Of a stretch of DNA of 64,000 bases, positions 13,601-27,000 are shown piece after piece. Both the position numbers and the translations under genes were made by a program. The stretch is from Takakia lepidozioides. Lineage: Eukaryota > Plantae > Bryophyta. Every line of letters begins with the position of its first letter. Positions within the stretch are counted from its first letter, which is position 1. The stretch is from positions 49,538,001 through 49,602,000 of the forward strand of contig CM060733.1 of the NCBI GenBank assembly GCA_030704615.1. The letters are read 5' to 3'. Below the pieces are notes generated by a model that saw only the letters and a program-made list of their open reading frames with translations, ran no database searches and had not been told where the DNA came from.

Positions 13601-16600
13601 GCAGACCCGCCGCTTCACTAGTGGATAAAAACAGATAAGTCGATGAACAGATGCTTCTTTTTGGCCAGGACTTAGAAATTGCTTTGGTAGATTTAGGACT
13701 GCCATCTTGGCAGAAGAGAAAAGGTAGAGACATGTGACAAGAAAAAGTTTTTGGAATGGGAATGGGGACTCTGGACTTCAGACCAGAACGTGGAAAGGAT
13801 GGATGCACCTGATGTTGTGATGACAGTGAGAGAAATAAGTGAAGAGAGAGAGAAAGAGAGAGCCTGTTCGTCACTGAATTCAGAATGGTCACTGTTGTCT
13901 TCATTCTTGCATTTTGATTCAGTGTCATAAACCTGGACACCATGCTGCCGTGTGTAGTGATAACCTGGAACCAATGTAGATCTGGCTTGTTTGTTTGGAG
14001 AGATCAATGATGGTTAGCTGGAGTTGCAAAAAAACATGGAAAGGATAAGGTGATTTCACTATGGGATCAGGATCTGAACAACTGCATTCCACAGTTGAAG
14101 GGAAAAGAGGGATGTTGGGGTATTTGGGTTGAAGTCTGACAAAAGAGATGAGAGCTGTTTGAGCGATGGGTCATTGGAAAAAGGGACAAGAGAGAGAGAA
14201 AGAGAGAGAGACTGATGGATGGGATGGTTGTGTCTTGAGAGACCGAGGATGACTTCAAGGCTGGCCGCACTGGATGCCTAGCAGCGTGTGCATTCACATT
14301 ACATGACAGATCTGCTGCTTGTGAAATAGTGGGGAACCTGGGGACATAGACAGAGATAGTGAAACAGACAAAAGGGGAAAAGAAAGAGAGAGAGTGAAAA
14401 ATGGGATTTGGGTAAGGAGAGAGCTGCAATTCAAAAGGGCTGTTGGGGGGGGGGTTTTGGCAATTTGGGGAGATGAGATGAAGAAAACCTGAAAGAAACC
14501 AGTGCCCCTGCAGACCATGAAGATCTGAGCTGCCTCCTCCTAAATCTGTGTCACCACTACAAAAAGGGGATTTCCGACCTGTCACTGCTCGAGTGGGCTT
14601 CACATAAAGGATCGTGTTTACCGCTGCCATTGGGCTGATTTGCATCACTGAATACATCGCACCAGCATAGCTGCTGCTGTACCTGCTGATAGGGGATGTG
14701 GTGTAAAAGGTAGAACCAAGAGTGAACGACAAATTGACTCCCCATCCATGTCTTCCCTTCCGCTGCGGCGTGGATGAGGATTGCTTGAACTCTGATCACG
14801 GAGGAGCTGAGGGAAACCCACAGCCAAGTGACGACAGTTGGACAGATTAGAAAGAACGCTTCTTTCCTCTTGCTCCGCAATCAATGGAGGGGAGCACAAT
14901 TAGAATTATACAGAAGGGGATTCACGCCCCTTCTTTTCACACTACACTATGGGCAAAAAAAGTAGAATATGTGGCAGAAGTTGTCCATGTTACTACATTC
15001 TGCTTTCAACAACTCCACGATCCTCTCCACAGTGAGGTGTATGACTTCAACATCTACTGCATAGTAGTTACACTGACTTAGGAGTTGGTGGAAGGACTCC
15101 TGACAGTAAAGGTAATTCCAGGAAGCACAATGTGAAAGAAAGTGAGTGAATGGGGGGGGGGATTCATGCACCTTCCAGTATGGCAAATCCCAAAGGATTG
15201 TCCGGCGCTTCACCCCGTGCTCCATGGCTGGATCCGCACTACTTCCTTCTCTCCCTCCAATCTCCATGAACGCCTCTTTCTCCTTTGCAAATTGCAATGT
15301 CTCCTGTGTCACAGCATTTGGTGCCATTCTCTTTTCAACACATCCATTGAAGTGTCTTCTTGCTCGTCGGTAGGGGTGGTTTCTTGCAAGGTAACGTCGA
15401 TGCCCTATGTATATTGTCTTCCCTAGTGGCTTTGAGTGCCGTGAATCCACATAGGGCCCACAAATGGGGCACCCTTTGTAGCCCTTCGCCTTGCAACCCG
15501 CAACAAGGCCATATGCGGGGAAATCGTGGATTGACCACATGAGTATGGCACGGAGGGTGAAACTCTGTTGCCCTACTGGTTTCAAAATGTCGTAAGCTTC
15601 AACTCCAATCCATAGTTCCTGTAGCTCTTCAATCAATGGTTGCAAATACACATCTATGTTTGCATTTGTCACGGACTCCTTGCCTGGAATCAAGAGAGAC
15701 AACATGACAAAGAATTTCTTTGTTGTCAACCATGGTGGCAGGTTGTATGCCACCAACTGCAGGGCCATGTGGACCATGTGCAACTCTTTGATCCGTATGG
15801 GTTTACTCCATCCGTAGATACAGCCAATCGCACATTGCGTGGGTCCTCGGCGAAATCGGGCCAATTTGCATCTATATGCTTCCATGCAAGGGAATCTGGG
15901 ACATGCCTTACCAAACCATCGTTTGAGGCATTCTTGGAATGCCAAGTCATGAGCTCACTAATGGTCTTGCATTTGTACATTCGTAATAGACGGGGGATAA
16001 GGGGAAAGTGCCTCAACACCTTGGCTGGCTGTTGTAACCTGCCCACATCATGGTATCGGGCTGCACCGCATTTGGGGCACTCCATAGCATCCTTGTACTC
16101 TCTTCTGAAAAGTACATGTCCTTTTGGACATGCATGTATTTTCATGTAGTTGAGGCCGAGCTTCCCAATCATTTGGTTGGCCATGTGACAGCTTTTTGGC
16201 ATTTCATTTGGTTGTGGAAGCAAGTTCAGCCAAAGCAAAGAGAACAACTCGTCCACAAAATGGTCTGAGACACCGTGGGTTGTGCACAGGTTCATCAACA
16301 ACATGGTGGCAGCAAGCTTTGTGGATTTGCATCCCTCGTATAGTGGCACACATGCTTCTTCTAGTGTCATGTGTGCAGAATTCAATTCTCCATCTCCACC
16401 TCCTTCCACGCCTTCCCCCACGTGAATGCCTTCATTTCCTGTGTCATCACCATCCCCAGTTGTCGCAGCGCCGTTCCCCTCTTCAGCATCGTCCATGATG
16501 TGGAATGCTTCCTGCAACATTCGAGTAATCTCCACCCCTCCGTCCATGCCTGGTTCATGTCCTGCGCCCATGACATAGTCCTCGTCTGGCCTGTCTGTAT

Positions 16601-16897
16601 GGCTCCCTCGGGGTGTGCATTGTCCAATTGTGCCCACTCCTCATCGTCTTCGTCTGCAGGTCCATCTCCAATCCACACCCGAAATGCTTCATGTCTTTTG
16701 TGGTGAAGGAGATGTGTGCGCACACCGTCCTCAGATCTACTTATAGTGCCCAAACAACGTTCACATGGGCATGGCATCCTTGAAAGCCCAAGGGCTCGGG
16801 CACGTGTCACTTCTCTTTCCCACAACCTGTCATCTCGGGTGTTCTGTCTACAGGGGTGATTAATTGGAAGTCCTCCGCATGGGCGAGGGGAACTCAT
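10638..16897 (-). pseudogene. CACTA-2 TnpD transposase (transposase-associated Zn domain, Transposase_21, DUF4218, DUF4216), spliced, several frameshifts
   Basis: MPCPCERC; IHACPKGHVLFR..CPKCG..KVLRHFPLIPRL; YNLPPW..IDVYLQPLIEEL..HDFPAYG..CPIC; LDPMHCEKN; MKSHDLHVMMQ; WMYPMERYMK..RPEGSMAEGY; YVGVIKEILKLDY..LFRCSW..EPFIFPSQVEQVFF. Confidence 0.93.
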
Positions 16898-18596
16898 TTT
16901 TGTTGGGGAGCCTCTTCAATGTTGTTTGTGCACGCCGTTGCAGGGGGCCGGATTCTCCTTTGCAGAGATTTCTCAATTTGGCTCTGCCACTCCCATTTCA
17001 CTACCGTCAATTTCCTCCTCCTGCAATCTCAATTTGAAAGGTTCAGCCGCACATCCTTTGGCAGAGAAGACAGTTGACATTTTATACCAACCGGTAGATT
17101 CCACAACATGATGAAAAGTTGCACTCAACAGCAAACCATTTAAAAGCCATCACGATGCTTCCCATCATAACTACAATCTTTTCAACAAGACACTGAGAGA
17201 AATGACCAAAATCGACTCAAACAACGACATCCTGGAAAACCACCTGTCTCTACAGTTCGTGTGTGTGTGAGGAATCGGAGGACGTACGTGGAATTTCAAT
17301 TTTCACGATTGAGGACGTTGTGATCTTGGGCATATGGTTGAATGTGTATGAAATGTGTGCATTGAAGTGTGAACAACCTGACTACAAGGCCAGAACCTGC
17401 GCCACTTGTCTTAGGCCATCTCCAAATCACGTTTCGGCGGACAATCCCGTTCAGTTGCCGTGAAATTGCATCGTGGCGGGAAGGGAGTCCATTTGTGTGG
17501 CTCTATCACCATGGCGGGAAGGGGAGCATGTTAAAAATGGAGCATTGCCCTGCCACCTCACTCATTTGCTGTTTGCAGCTTCTTCCACCATCTTTCTTAC
17601 TTAATTCTGATTCTTGCAATGCTGCCCTTGAGACGGCAACTGCAAGTGACCGGATCCTTTGATCGTCGCATTCAAAGACACTTACGTGTAGCAGATCGCA
17701 GACCCCCAAATGCCTGGAGAGAAAGCCAGACGGCAGTCAATGCATGCGCTGGTTGGGACGGAGTGGGGTGCAGAGGAGGCGTGTTGTGCCCGAGTTCGCA
17801 TGCCTAGCATCCTACAGCCGGCGGCTTTTGCACGTTGGGCAGCAGTACCCTCTGCTGTATGATTACCATTTGTGGTACAGACTCACCGGCCTCCCCTGTC
17901 CACTTGGGTCTTGGGACAGCGACTTTTGGAGTATGTAGACAGAGTTGCATGTCGCGCAGGTACACCAAAATCTCCCATGTAACATAAACCCATTTCTCAT
18001 TCATGCTTGCATGTGCTCCACGGGGTAATTTCCATGTTCTCCCAGCTGATGTGGGTTCGCAAATTCTCGGTGTGTAGGTGTGTGTGTGAGGACCTCAACC
18101 TCGCATGGTGCGATGGGTGTCAAATGGACCCTTCTCTGCGATGGGAGAACCACTACAGTTCAGTTTGTTTTTGCTGAATCATTTGGCAAAGCACTGTGTT
18201 CACTTCTCACACATCATGCGCATTTTCTCCAAGAATGCATGTAAAGCGGAGCCATACACGGCATCATTGCAGTGTGTTTCCTTTGCCTAATTTTGAACGA
18301 AAAAAAGTTAACGGATCCATGTCAGTTGTGTGAATCACTACATCTAGTTGTCTGGAGGATTGTAAGTGGTTTAGGGTTTAACGTCTCAAAGTCGAAAAGG
18401 CCATAGTGTCGGATGCATGACACGTGTTCATATTTGAAATCAACAACGGCCGGATCTTCACTACAGATCGGGGGGGTGTGTGATCACACTCCCCTCATTG
18501 TCCTTCTTTCCTCCTTTGCATGTCTTGGTCTTCCTCACTCGTCTTTGTCTTGGTCATGGTCTATGTCCTCGCTCGTCTTCATCTTTGTCATGGTCT

Positions 18597-18896
18597 ATGT
18601 CCACGCCTAGTAAGAAACGCTCGACCGCCGAGGCAGCATCACCTCCTCCCACTTCTGCACATTCCAGCGCCGCGGTGCGAAGGAGCCCCCGCCTGGCTCG
18701 ACTGAATCCGGTACAGATGGCGTCGGTGCGAGAGGGAAGGTAGAGCGGTGGGCGGTCTTTGAGTTCGGATTTTGACACAAGCGAGTATAGCATGGGCGAC
18801 GACGATGAGGTGGAGGACAATTCGGCGGAAATTGCACCTCCATCTGCAGAGTCTCTCCAAAAGATGCGCAAACGGCACAAACCCGCTGCGCATGAG
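18597..18896 (+). pseudogene. Probable first exon of the CACTA-2 TnpA-like gene, divergent from TnpD
   Basis: MSTPSKKR..RRSPRL..acidic tract ending in GAG|GTGAGT donor; the LINE and MULE lie in the following intron. Confidence 0.5.
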
Positions 18897-18959
18897 GTGA
18901 GTTCTACCCCTACTTGTGTTCATGTTTTCTGGGCGTTGAGTTCTCCTGAAACTGAAACT

Positions 18960-19114
18960 GGGATGCACATATCCATAAAGTTGTTCAAACGGATCTCGTA
19001 GTATACAGGGCAGTAGAAGAAGAAGTGTTCTTCAGTTTCAATTTCCTTGTTGCGCCCTATGCAAGCTGGACATAGGCGGTCCTCCCGTTGCAGGTTTTCC
19101 CATCTGCCAGTCTC
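18960..19114 (-). mobile_element. LINE ORF2 3' end (Zn-knuckle), distal half of a LINE split by the MULE
   Basis: ETGRWENLQREDRLCPAC..ETEEHFFFYCPVYYEIR; joins in frame to 33445 when the MULE and one TSD are removed. Confidence 0.88.
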
Positions 19115-19533
19115 AGCGTAGCTACGGCGTGAGCCCAGCCCCGTGAGCCTGGGAGCTGAGCTCACGTTCAAGCTTTGAAGCGTGAGCTGAGCTCACGCTT
19201 CAGGGAAGCGTGAGCGGCATGAATCTGCTGGAGAAGCAGGTCCTATAGGCGAGGATTGCAGGAAGAGGGCCTATTACCGTGGACAAAACAAAGGAGGCCA
19301 CCATGCACCATGTCTGCAATGCGTGCCAAAAAAGAGGAATATGTAAATATGGCAGATTTGAGCTCAGAATGATTGACACAGTTTATTTCAATTCACAGAG
19401 AGACGCTTACAATGAATCGCAAGTGCATTTGCCCTGGTTCCGTGAACGAAATGTATATGTTTGTCATAAAATGAAAAGTCTTCACACGGCAACCTGGAAA
19501 CCAGCATGGGAAGCGGGCATGGCTCGTATGTGT

Positions 19534-22500
19534 TCAAAGAGAAGTTGGCGGAGCTCTACGCAAGGTGTCCCGCTGCAGAAGGGTGATGACTTCTCCGTAG
19601 CCTAGTGTGGCTTGGTGAATGAATTGGTCTCTCTTACCGTCACAACACATAATTACAAGGTATATGTAATATTGATGCTTGCAGGGGACCCACTTCCCTC
19701 TCATGCCGAGAGCGCCCTCACGCATTGTTACAAAATCCGGACAAGTGCACGATGGGAAATTCCCGATGGTAACCTGATATTCTTTGGCATGAAGAACTGA
19801 GCCAATTGACAGCACTGTGTAAATCCGTCCATACCCCGGGGAAGGGACTTCGGTGATACGAGTCACCCTAGCCTGCAAAATTCTAGCCGATTCCATCTTG
19901 CATTCGTGATCTGCACCCGAAGCAACACGGCGCACTGTTTTTCCATCTCTTTTTGTTGGGTGGGAGTCGGCACCGGGTGGAGGCATTGTCGGAGCATGTG
20001 GCACATCTGTGCCGACAGTGCATAAGGGCACCACCCGGGACCGTGCAAGACAAAACCCTCCCTCCTCCAGCATGCTTATCTCGGTTGAGGACAGCGATGT
20101 CCCAATTTTCACAGGCCAAATTGCGGGGGGAGGGGGCTTCATTATCACGGAAGGACGAACTGTTCCCTTCACGCATCGTGCCATATCGTCTGGGCAGAAC
20201 CAAAACTTGTGCTCTTTTGACTCCCCACTATGGTAAGGTCGGAACAACCCTGTGAATGTTGGAGCTGGAGTCCCCCTGGAGCCTTTGCATATTTTTGATT
20301 TGCATTTCTTGAATGAGGGGGTCCGAATTGCCATGCAAGCCACTCTAGATCCCGGTGGGGTGCGTTCTATATGCCAGTCACTATCAATGCAATCAGATTC
20401 CTGCACCATGGCCACCACCTCCTCCAATGGGATTTCCGCTGCTATGCTTGCATGTTCTGCACCTGCTCCACAGGAGGAGGACCCACCTGGGAAGGGGCCG
20501 GCACAGGACTTAGTCTGCACTGGAGACACCTTTGGCACAGAGAAATTGACCCTGTCTGGCCTATGGGAATCTCCATCTGACCCTGGAAGAGTGTTTAATT
20601 TCCTTTTGCATGATCCAAATCTTTCCTCGCCTTCCAAATGGGGGAGCCTGGATTGCAGAGGGGAGCCTTCAGTGCACCTGTTTAGAGCTCTGGCCATCTT
20701 TGACGGGTCTCCGGACCTACTCGCAGCCCTTAGCATCAACAAAGTCGTATCGGGGCCCTTCCCTCCACCCCGTCCCATCAGAAAATTGCGGTACCTGGTT
20801 TGTTGTGTAAGTGCCCGCACCATGTCATCAGCAGTGGCCACATACAAGTCACGACCTGCTTTGGTAGACTGTTGCATCCAGGCGTTGTGAACAGTCTCTG
20901 CCAAATTACACGATGGCATGTCGGCCAAGTCCTCCAAGGACATGTCCTGCAGGAGGCATTGCATGGAAATGTGAGGAAGGAAAAGAAATGGTAGAGGTTC
21001 TTCAAGTGACAATCGAACAACCCCAAATGAACAGGCACGATGCAAAGTGCATTTTGTGTTTAAGGAAAACTTGTGAGGCTTACCGTCGTCATGAAAGCTC
21101 CCCACTGTCTGTACCTGAAGTGCCAGAAAACCAACCAGTCCTCCAACTCCTTCAGGTGGATACCTGTAGCAGCACCAGAGGAGAACCACCAAGCCCGGAT
21201 TGCCTGGTAAGTGCTCTCAGCTTCTCCCATTGAGGTGGCATTCTTGTACTTCAGACAGAGCCTTCTATGCTCCAACTGAAGGTCAGGGCGAATGCAGCGC
21301 TTTGTATGACGTGCCAGAGATTGACTCCAATGGAAGAGGCATGTGCGCTCCCTATTTTCCATTGGGACCTAGGATCCCCCGAACCAAACACGCGCCGCAC
21401 TGCATTGAAATTTGCCTGTGCACTATCAGCCATGAAGCCCGCAAAATTTGTGTTCTGTATTCCATTGCGCTGCATGACGGCCAGGAGGGAATTCCACATG
21501 AGCATCTGGGATTCAGTGTCCTCCGACTGCATATCACAAATTGCTATGGAGAGCACACGCTGGTACGCTGGATCATACACATGGCACGCCATGGTTGTCC
21601 AACCCTTCACCCGTTTGCAGTGATCAAACATTAACCAACATTTAGCCAAATCTCCTCCAGGTTGCATTCGGCGGACAATGCTCACACCACTGCCTTGGCC
21701 CACAGCGGACATCTTGAACAAATACACTTTGGACGAGCCCTGGCCAGGGAACATACTGTTTTGAATGAATTCATAGCGACTCCTCCGTTTGAGGTCCATA
21801 ATGTTGTCCATGAATCCAGCAGTGCCTGTGCCCATTCTGAGTGCATTCACCTGGTTTCGAATATTGGGAGAGCTCAACACGGAGAAATGGTCCATGACTG
21901 CCTCAAGGGAATCTGCATCCAGCATTGGCTGTGTCGCATCCCCTTCACCCAGTATGTGTTTTTCCAGGAATGCCTTGCTAGCTGCAAGCGCTATAGCAGA
22001 AGGTGTTGCACAAGGGGCATTGTGGAACTCTTGCTTCAGTAGATTTCTAGCGATGTCCACGCTATCCCTGCAACTCCCTTTGGACACAGGATGCTCGTGT
22101 GCACCCATATGAATGCAGGCACGAGTCATTGTCTTGCATCGATGTGCCACCTGATACATACGAGCGTGGCAAACAGAAACACAGGACGGGGAAAGTTTGC
22201 AGAACCTGCACACAAAAGTATTGGTCTTGGGAGGTGCAAGCCCTGGGGTGAAAGGATTCAGGGGCACACCTTCCCACTCACTTTCGTTTGGCTGAGCGCT
22301 GTTTCTCAGCCGAGGGCAAGAAATATTCAGGCACTTGCAATGCCCAACGCAAACCGACCTCCGAAATTTCAAGCCAATGTCGTTATGGATGTTCGACGTT
22401 TTTGTCCTGCACCAAGGATGTCCGTCATGTTTCTTGTCCATGCCCTGCAGAAGCCCAGCCAGTCCACTGGAAGACGTGGGAGGGTTGAGCTCAAACAAGA

Positions 22501-23113
22501 TGTCCCCATCAAACTGAGCTGGCACGTATTGAACCCGTTGCACTGGAAGGGACTCCCAATCAACAAAACGTAGCTCGCTCTTGCACCCAGGCACACCTGC
22601 GAGGGCTTTCAATTTTGGAATGACACTTGTTATCTCTTGCAATTCGTCATCATCCAATAAGGGAGTTTGCACTGGCGGAGGAATCTCAGAAACATCCTCC
22701 GAGGACGAGTCCGAAAGAGTCACGAAGGTAGTGGATGTGCTCACCTCTTGTTTCACAGGAACTGTGCCCTTCTGTTGCACGACCGATGCTGCAGTGCCAG
22801 GGGTAACGACTGATCCTGCTGATTGTCTTCTCTCTTTTCCAAGGACACGGTATGTTCCTGGAAGGACTCTCCACTTCCTTCCACACTCGCCAACCAAGGG
22901 TTTCTCCAAGTGCCCAGAATCCAAATTCCCATCCTCGTCATACACCTCTTTCTGAACAAGCAGAGAACCCAACTCCAGCGGGAACACTGTAACCAGCTCA
23001 TCCTCATGAACAACTGCATACCCATCGTCGTCTGCAGTGGCAGTCAGTGGAAGAGTACCTGCATTGGAATGGAATCGAGCGAGTGCATCTCGCTCCCTCG
23101 ACATGTTTTCCAT
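19534..23113 (-). CDS. MULE transposase, ~1150 aa: GCM/WRKY-like Zn domain, DDE core, Cys-rich insert, SWIM finger; exons 23113-21084 and 20946-19534; one 1-nt frameshift near 21370
   Basis: DGHPWCRTKTSN..RSVCVGHCKC..C..CRFC..C..GAHEHP; LMFDH..FMADS..CLFHW..CNLAETVHNAW; FPSCTCPDF..PCKH; same intron position in copy B. Confidence 0.88.
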
Positions 23114-24046
23114 CACTGAACGAAACTGGCGATTCAGAACGGAATCCCCGAACTGAGAGCCCGTAATTATCGAAAGTGGAAATACCACCAGCAAACTGAG
23201 GTCAACAAGGGTAGCACCAAACCAAAGGCTGCCGGCGATGCATGCCAAGGATGTAGGGATGACGTGCACCTTCACCTCCCACCAACCAGAAAAACCGTTT
23301 TGAAAGACCAGAGCCACAAGAAGCCGTGCTGTTTTTGGATGGAAAACAAACCCTGAAAATGACATGAAACCATCCATTATGAAATGACGGCAACAACCCT
23401 GGAGAGCAGTAAACAGGAAGATCCGATTGTAATGAGATTGTGTTGCGCCAGAATAGCACAGAACAAACACTGACACTCCAAGAGATACCTCGCACGAATG
23501 TGTGCAACACATGGTCATATCCGACAAAATCCTTTATACCGAATGACCCCATGGGGACGGTCACGGCATAAAAAAAACCACAGGGCATGCAGTACAACAC
23601 ACGTGGATGCATATGTGAAGCATAACAATTATTGCGAATCTGGAAGAACTGCTCGGAATTGAAAAAGCACTACATTTCTACGGCACATTCGAATTTGAAA
23701 GAAGGCAAGGAGGCCGCCATGTATTGGCAGGCGGCGAAGTACATCTGACATATATCGCAAATGCATGCAACGGATGTTCTTTTTCTTCGGCGCTTTATTA
23801 GCTGGGTAATACAAAGACGCCAAAATGGATGAATTCCGTTCGCACACAATATCAACACCCGCATCCAAATACGGTTGACAACGTCCATTTTTATTTTTGT
23901 TACATGCGATACCAGGACTTGTTGCAAACGTCAAACTGGAGAGCTCCAGGGGCATCGTGGGGAGCCCTTGTTTCCAGCGGAGGAGAAAGAGAAGGAAGTC
24001 ATTATACTTCACGAGTTCTAGAAACAGGAATAGAGCTAGATATAGA

Positions 24047-27000
24047 ATGAGGATGGAAAGAGTGGAGGAAAAGGAAAAGGAGGAAGAAGAGGGAATACAG
24101 GAAAGTGTGGCAATGGAGGAGCAGGAATCTGGAGAAGAACAACAACCCAACATAGTTCCAGGAACAGGCGAGGAGGACACTGCGTCTGAGGGAGAGACAG
24201 ACGACATGGAGGAAGATGTTGACACTGGCCTCACGAAGAATGTGACCACGGGAAAGAGGAAGGGGGAGAGGCTCACCTACATAGTCGGCGAAGAGAGCAG
24301 CCCGAAGCGGAAAGGGTCCCCGGCAACTGGGGAGTCTTCTCGAGTACCTACGAAAAAGGTAAAATCTACAGGACCCACATTTGTGAAGAATTCGGCTTTC
24401 AATGGCAGGTATTTGAGAGAGAAAGAACCATTCAGTGGCAGCTCAAAGAGTGTGCGTTGCCGCACACTGTTTGAGCTGCACAAGTCACTGTTTAAAGTGC
24501 AAAATTCTTCCTTCAACGACACCTTTCTGAGGATGAAATGAACCCCGCACTTCCAGCTCAAACAGTGTGCGGCAACGCACACTGTTTGAGCAGATCTTCT
24601 CAATGTTTTAGGGTGCAAAATTTGGCCTTGGAGTCAGTTATCTGCGGGTGAAATGAACCCTTCACTGCCAGCCCAAACAGTGTGCGGCAACGCACACTGT
24701 TTGAGCTGAACATTTCAATGTTTTAGGGTGCGAAATTTGGACTTCAGGGGCACCTTTCTGAGGATGGAATGAACCCTGCACTGCCAGCTCAAACAGTGTG
24801 CGGCAACGCACACTGTTTGAGCTGAACATTTCAATGTTTTAGGGTGCAAAATTTGGACTTCAGGGGCACCTATAATAGGATGAAATGAACCCTTCACTGT
24901 CAGCCCAAGCAGTGTGCGGCAACGCACACTGTTTGAGCTGAACATTTCAATGTTTCTCGGTGCAAAATTTGGACTTCAGGGTGATCTATTTGAGGATGAA
25001 ATGAACCCTTCACTGTCAGACCAAACAGTGTGCGGCAACGCACACTGTTTGAGCTGAACATTTCAATGTTTTAGGGTGCAAAATTTGGTCTTCAGGGTAT
25101 GTTATCTGAGGTTGAAATGAACCCTTCGCAACCAGCTCAAACAGTGTGCGGCAACGCACACTGTTTGAGCAGATCTTTTCAATGTTTTAGGGTGCAAAAT
25201 TTGGTCTTGCTGTCTGTTATCTGAGGGTGAAATGAACCCTTCACTGCCAGCTCAGACAGTGTGCGGCAACGCACACTGTTTGAGCTGAACATTTCAATGT
25301 TTCAGGGTGCAAAATTTGGACTTCGGGGGCACCTATGTGAGGATGAAATGAACCCTTCACTGTCAGCCAAAACAGTGTGCGGCAATGCACACTGTTTGAG
25401 CTGAACATTTCAATGTTTTAGGGTGCAAAATTTGGTCTTGCTGTCTGTTATCTGAGGTTGAAATGAACCCTTCACAACCAGCTCAAACAGTGTGCGGCAA
25501 CGCACACTGTTTGAGCAGATCTTTTCAATGTTTTAGGGTGCAAAATTTGGTCTTGCTGTCTGTTATCTGGGGGTGAAATGAACCCTTCACTGCCAGCTCA
25601 GACAGTGTGTGGCAACGCACACTGTTTGAGCTGAACATTTCAATGTTTGTGGGTGCAAAATTTGGACTTCAGGGTGACCTGTTTGAGGATGAAATGAACC
25701 CTTCACTGTCAGCCCAAACAGTGTGCGGCAACGCACACTGTTTGAGCTGAACATTTCAATGTTTAGGGTGCAAAATTTGGTCTTCAAGGTATGTTATCTG
25801 AGGTTGAAATGAACCCTTCACAACCAGCTCAAACAGTGTGCGGCAACGCACACTGTTTGAGCTGAACATTTCAATGTTTTAGGGTGCAAAATTTGGTCTT
25901 GCTGTCTGTTATCTGAGGGTGAAATGAACCCTTCACTGCCAGCTCAGACAGTGTGCGGCAACGCACACTGTTTGAGCTGAACATTTCAATGTTTCAGGGT
26001 GCAAAATTTGGACTTCAGGGGCACCTATCTTAGGGTGAAATGAACCCTTCACTGCCAGCTCAGACAGTGTGCGGCAACGCACACTGTTTGAGCTGAACAT
26101 TTCAATGTTTCAGGGTGCAAAATTTGGACTTCAGGGGCACCTATAATAGGATGAAATGAACCCTTCACTGTCAGCCCAAACAGTGTGCGGCAACGCACAC
26201 TGTTTGAGCTGAACATTTCAATGTTTCAAGGTGCAAAATTTGGACTTCAGGGGCACCTATGTGAGGATGAAATGAACCCTTCACTGTCAGCCCAAACAGT
26301 GTGCGGCAACGCACACTGTTTGAGCTGAACATTTCAATGTTTTAGGGTGCAAAAATTGGACTTGCTGTCTGTTATCTGAGGGTGAAATGAACCCTTCACT
26401 GCCAGCTCAGACAGTGTGCGGCAACGCACACTGTTTGAGCTGAACATTTCAATGTTTTAGGGTGCAAAATTTGGACTTCAGGGGCACCTATAATGGATGA
26501 AATGAACCCTTCACTGTCAGCCCAAAAGTGTGCGGCAACGCACACTGTTTGAGCTGAACATTTCAATGTTTCTCGGGTGCAAAATTTGGACTTCAGGGTG
26601 ACCTATTTGAGGATGAAATGAACCCTTCACTGTCAGCCAAAACAGTGTGCGGCAACGCACACTGTTTGAGCTGAACATTTCAATGTTTTAGGGTGCAAAA
26701 TTTGGTCTTCAGGGTATGTTATCTGAGGTTGAAATGAACCCTTCGCAACCAGCTCAAACAGTGTGCGGCAACGCACACTGTTTGAGCAGACTTTTCAATG
26801 TTTTAGGGTGCAAAATTTGGTCTGCTGCTGTCTGTTATCTGAGGGTGAAATGAACCCTTCACTGCCAGCTCAGACAGTGTGCGGCAACGCACACTGTTTG
26901 AGCTGAACATTTCAATGTTTCAGGGTGCAAAATTTGGACTTCAGGGGCACCTATGTGAGGATGAAATGAACCCTTCACTGTCAGCCAAAACAGTGTGCGG

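Noticed and set aside
14555-14570. CACTACAAAAAGG as a CACTA terminus
   Set aside because: No matching inverted end or subterminal repeats nearby
20252-22955. Long antisense ORFs overlapping TE genes (e.g. 20252-20890, 12065-12724, 23629-24276)
   Set aside because: Shadow frames of real coding sequence with no independent motifs
19534-23113. Domesticated FAR1/MUSTANG host gene, or a KDZ/Zisupton transposase
   Set aside because: TSD, termini and a second decayed copy show a mobile element; the D..D..CxxH..NxxE pattern is MULE-type
23114-23527. N-terminal extension of the 758-aa ORF as part of the transposase
   Set aside because: Homology with copy B begins only near the ATG at 23113; the extension starts at a non-ATG codon
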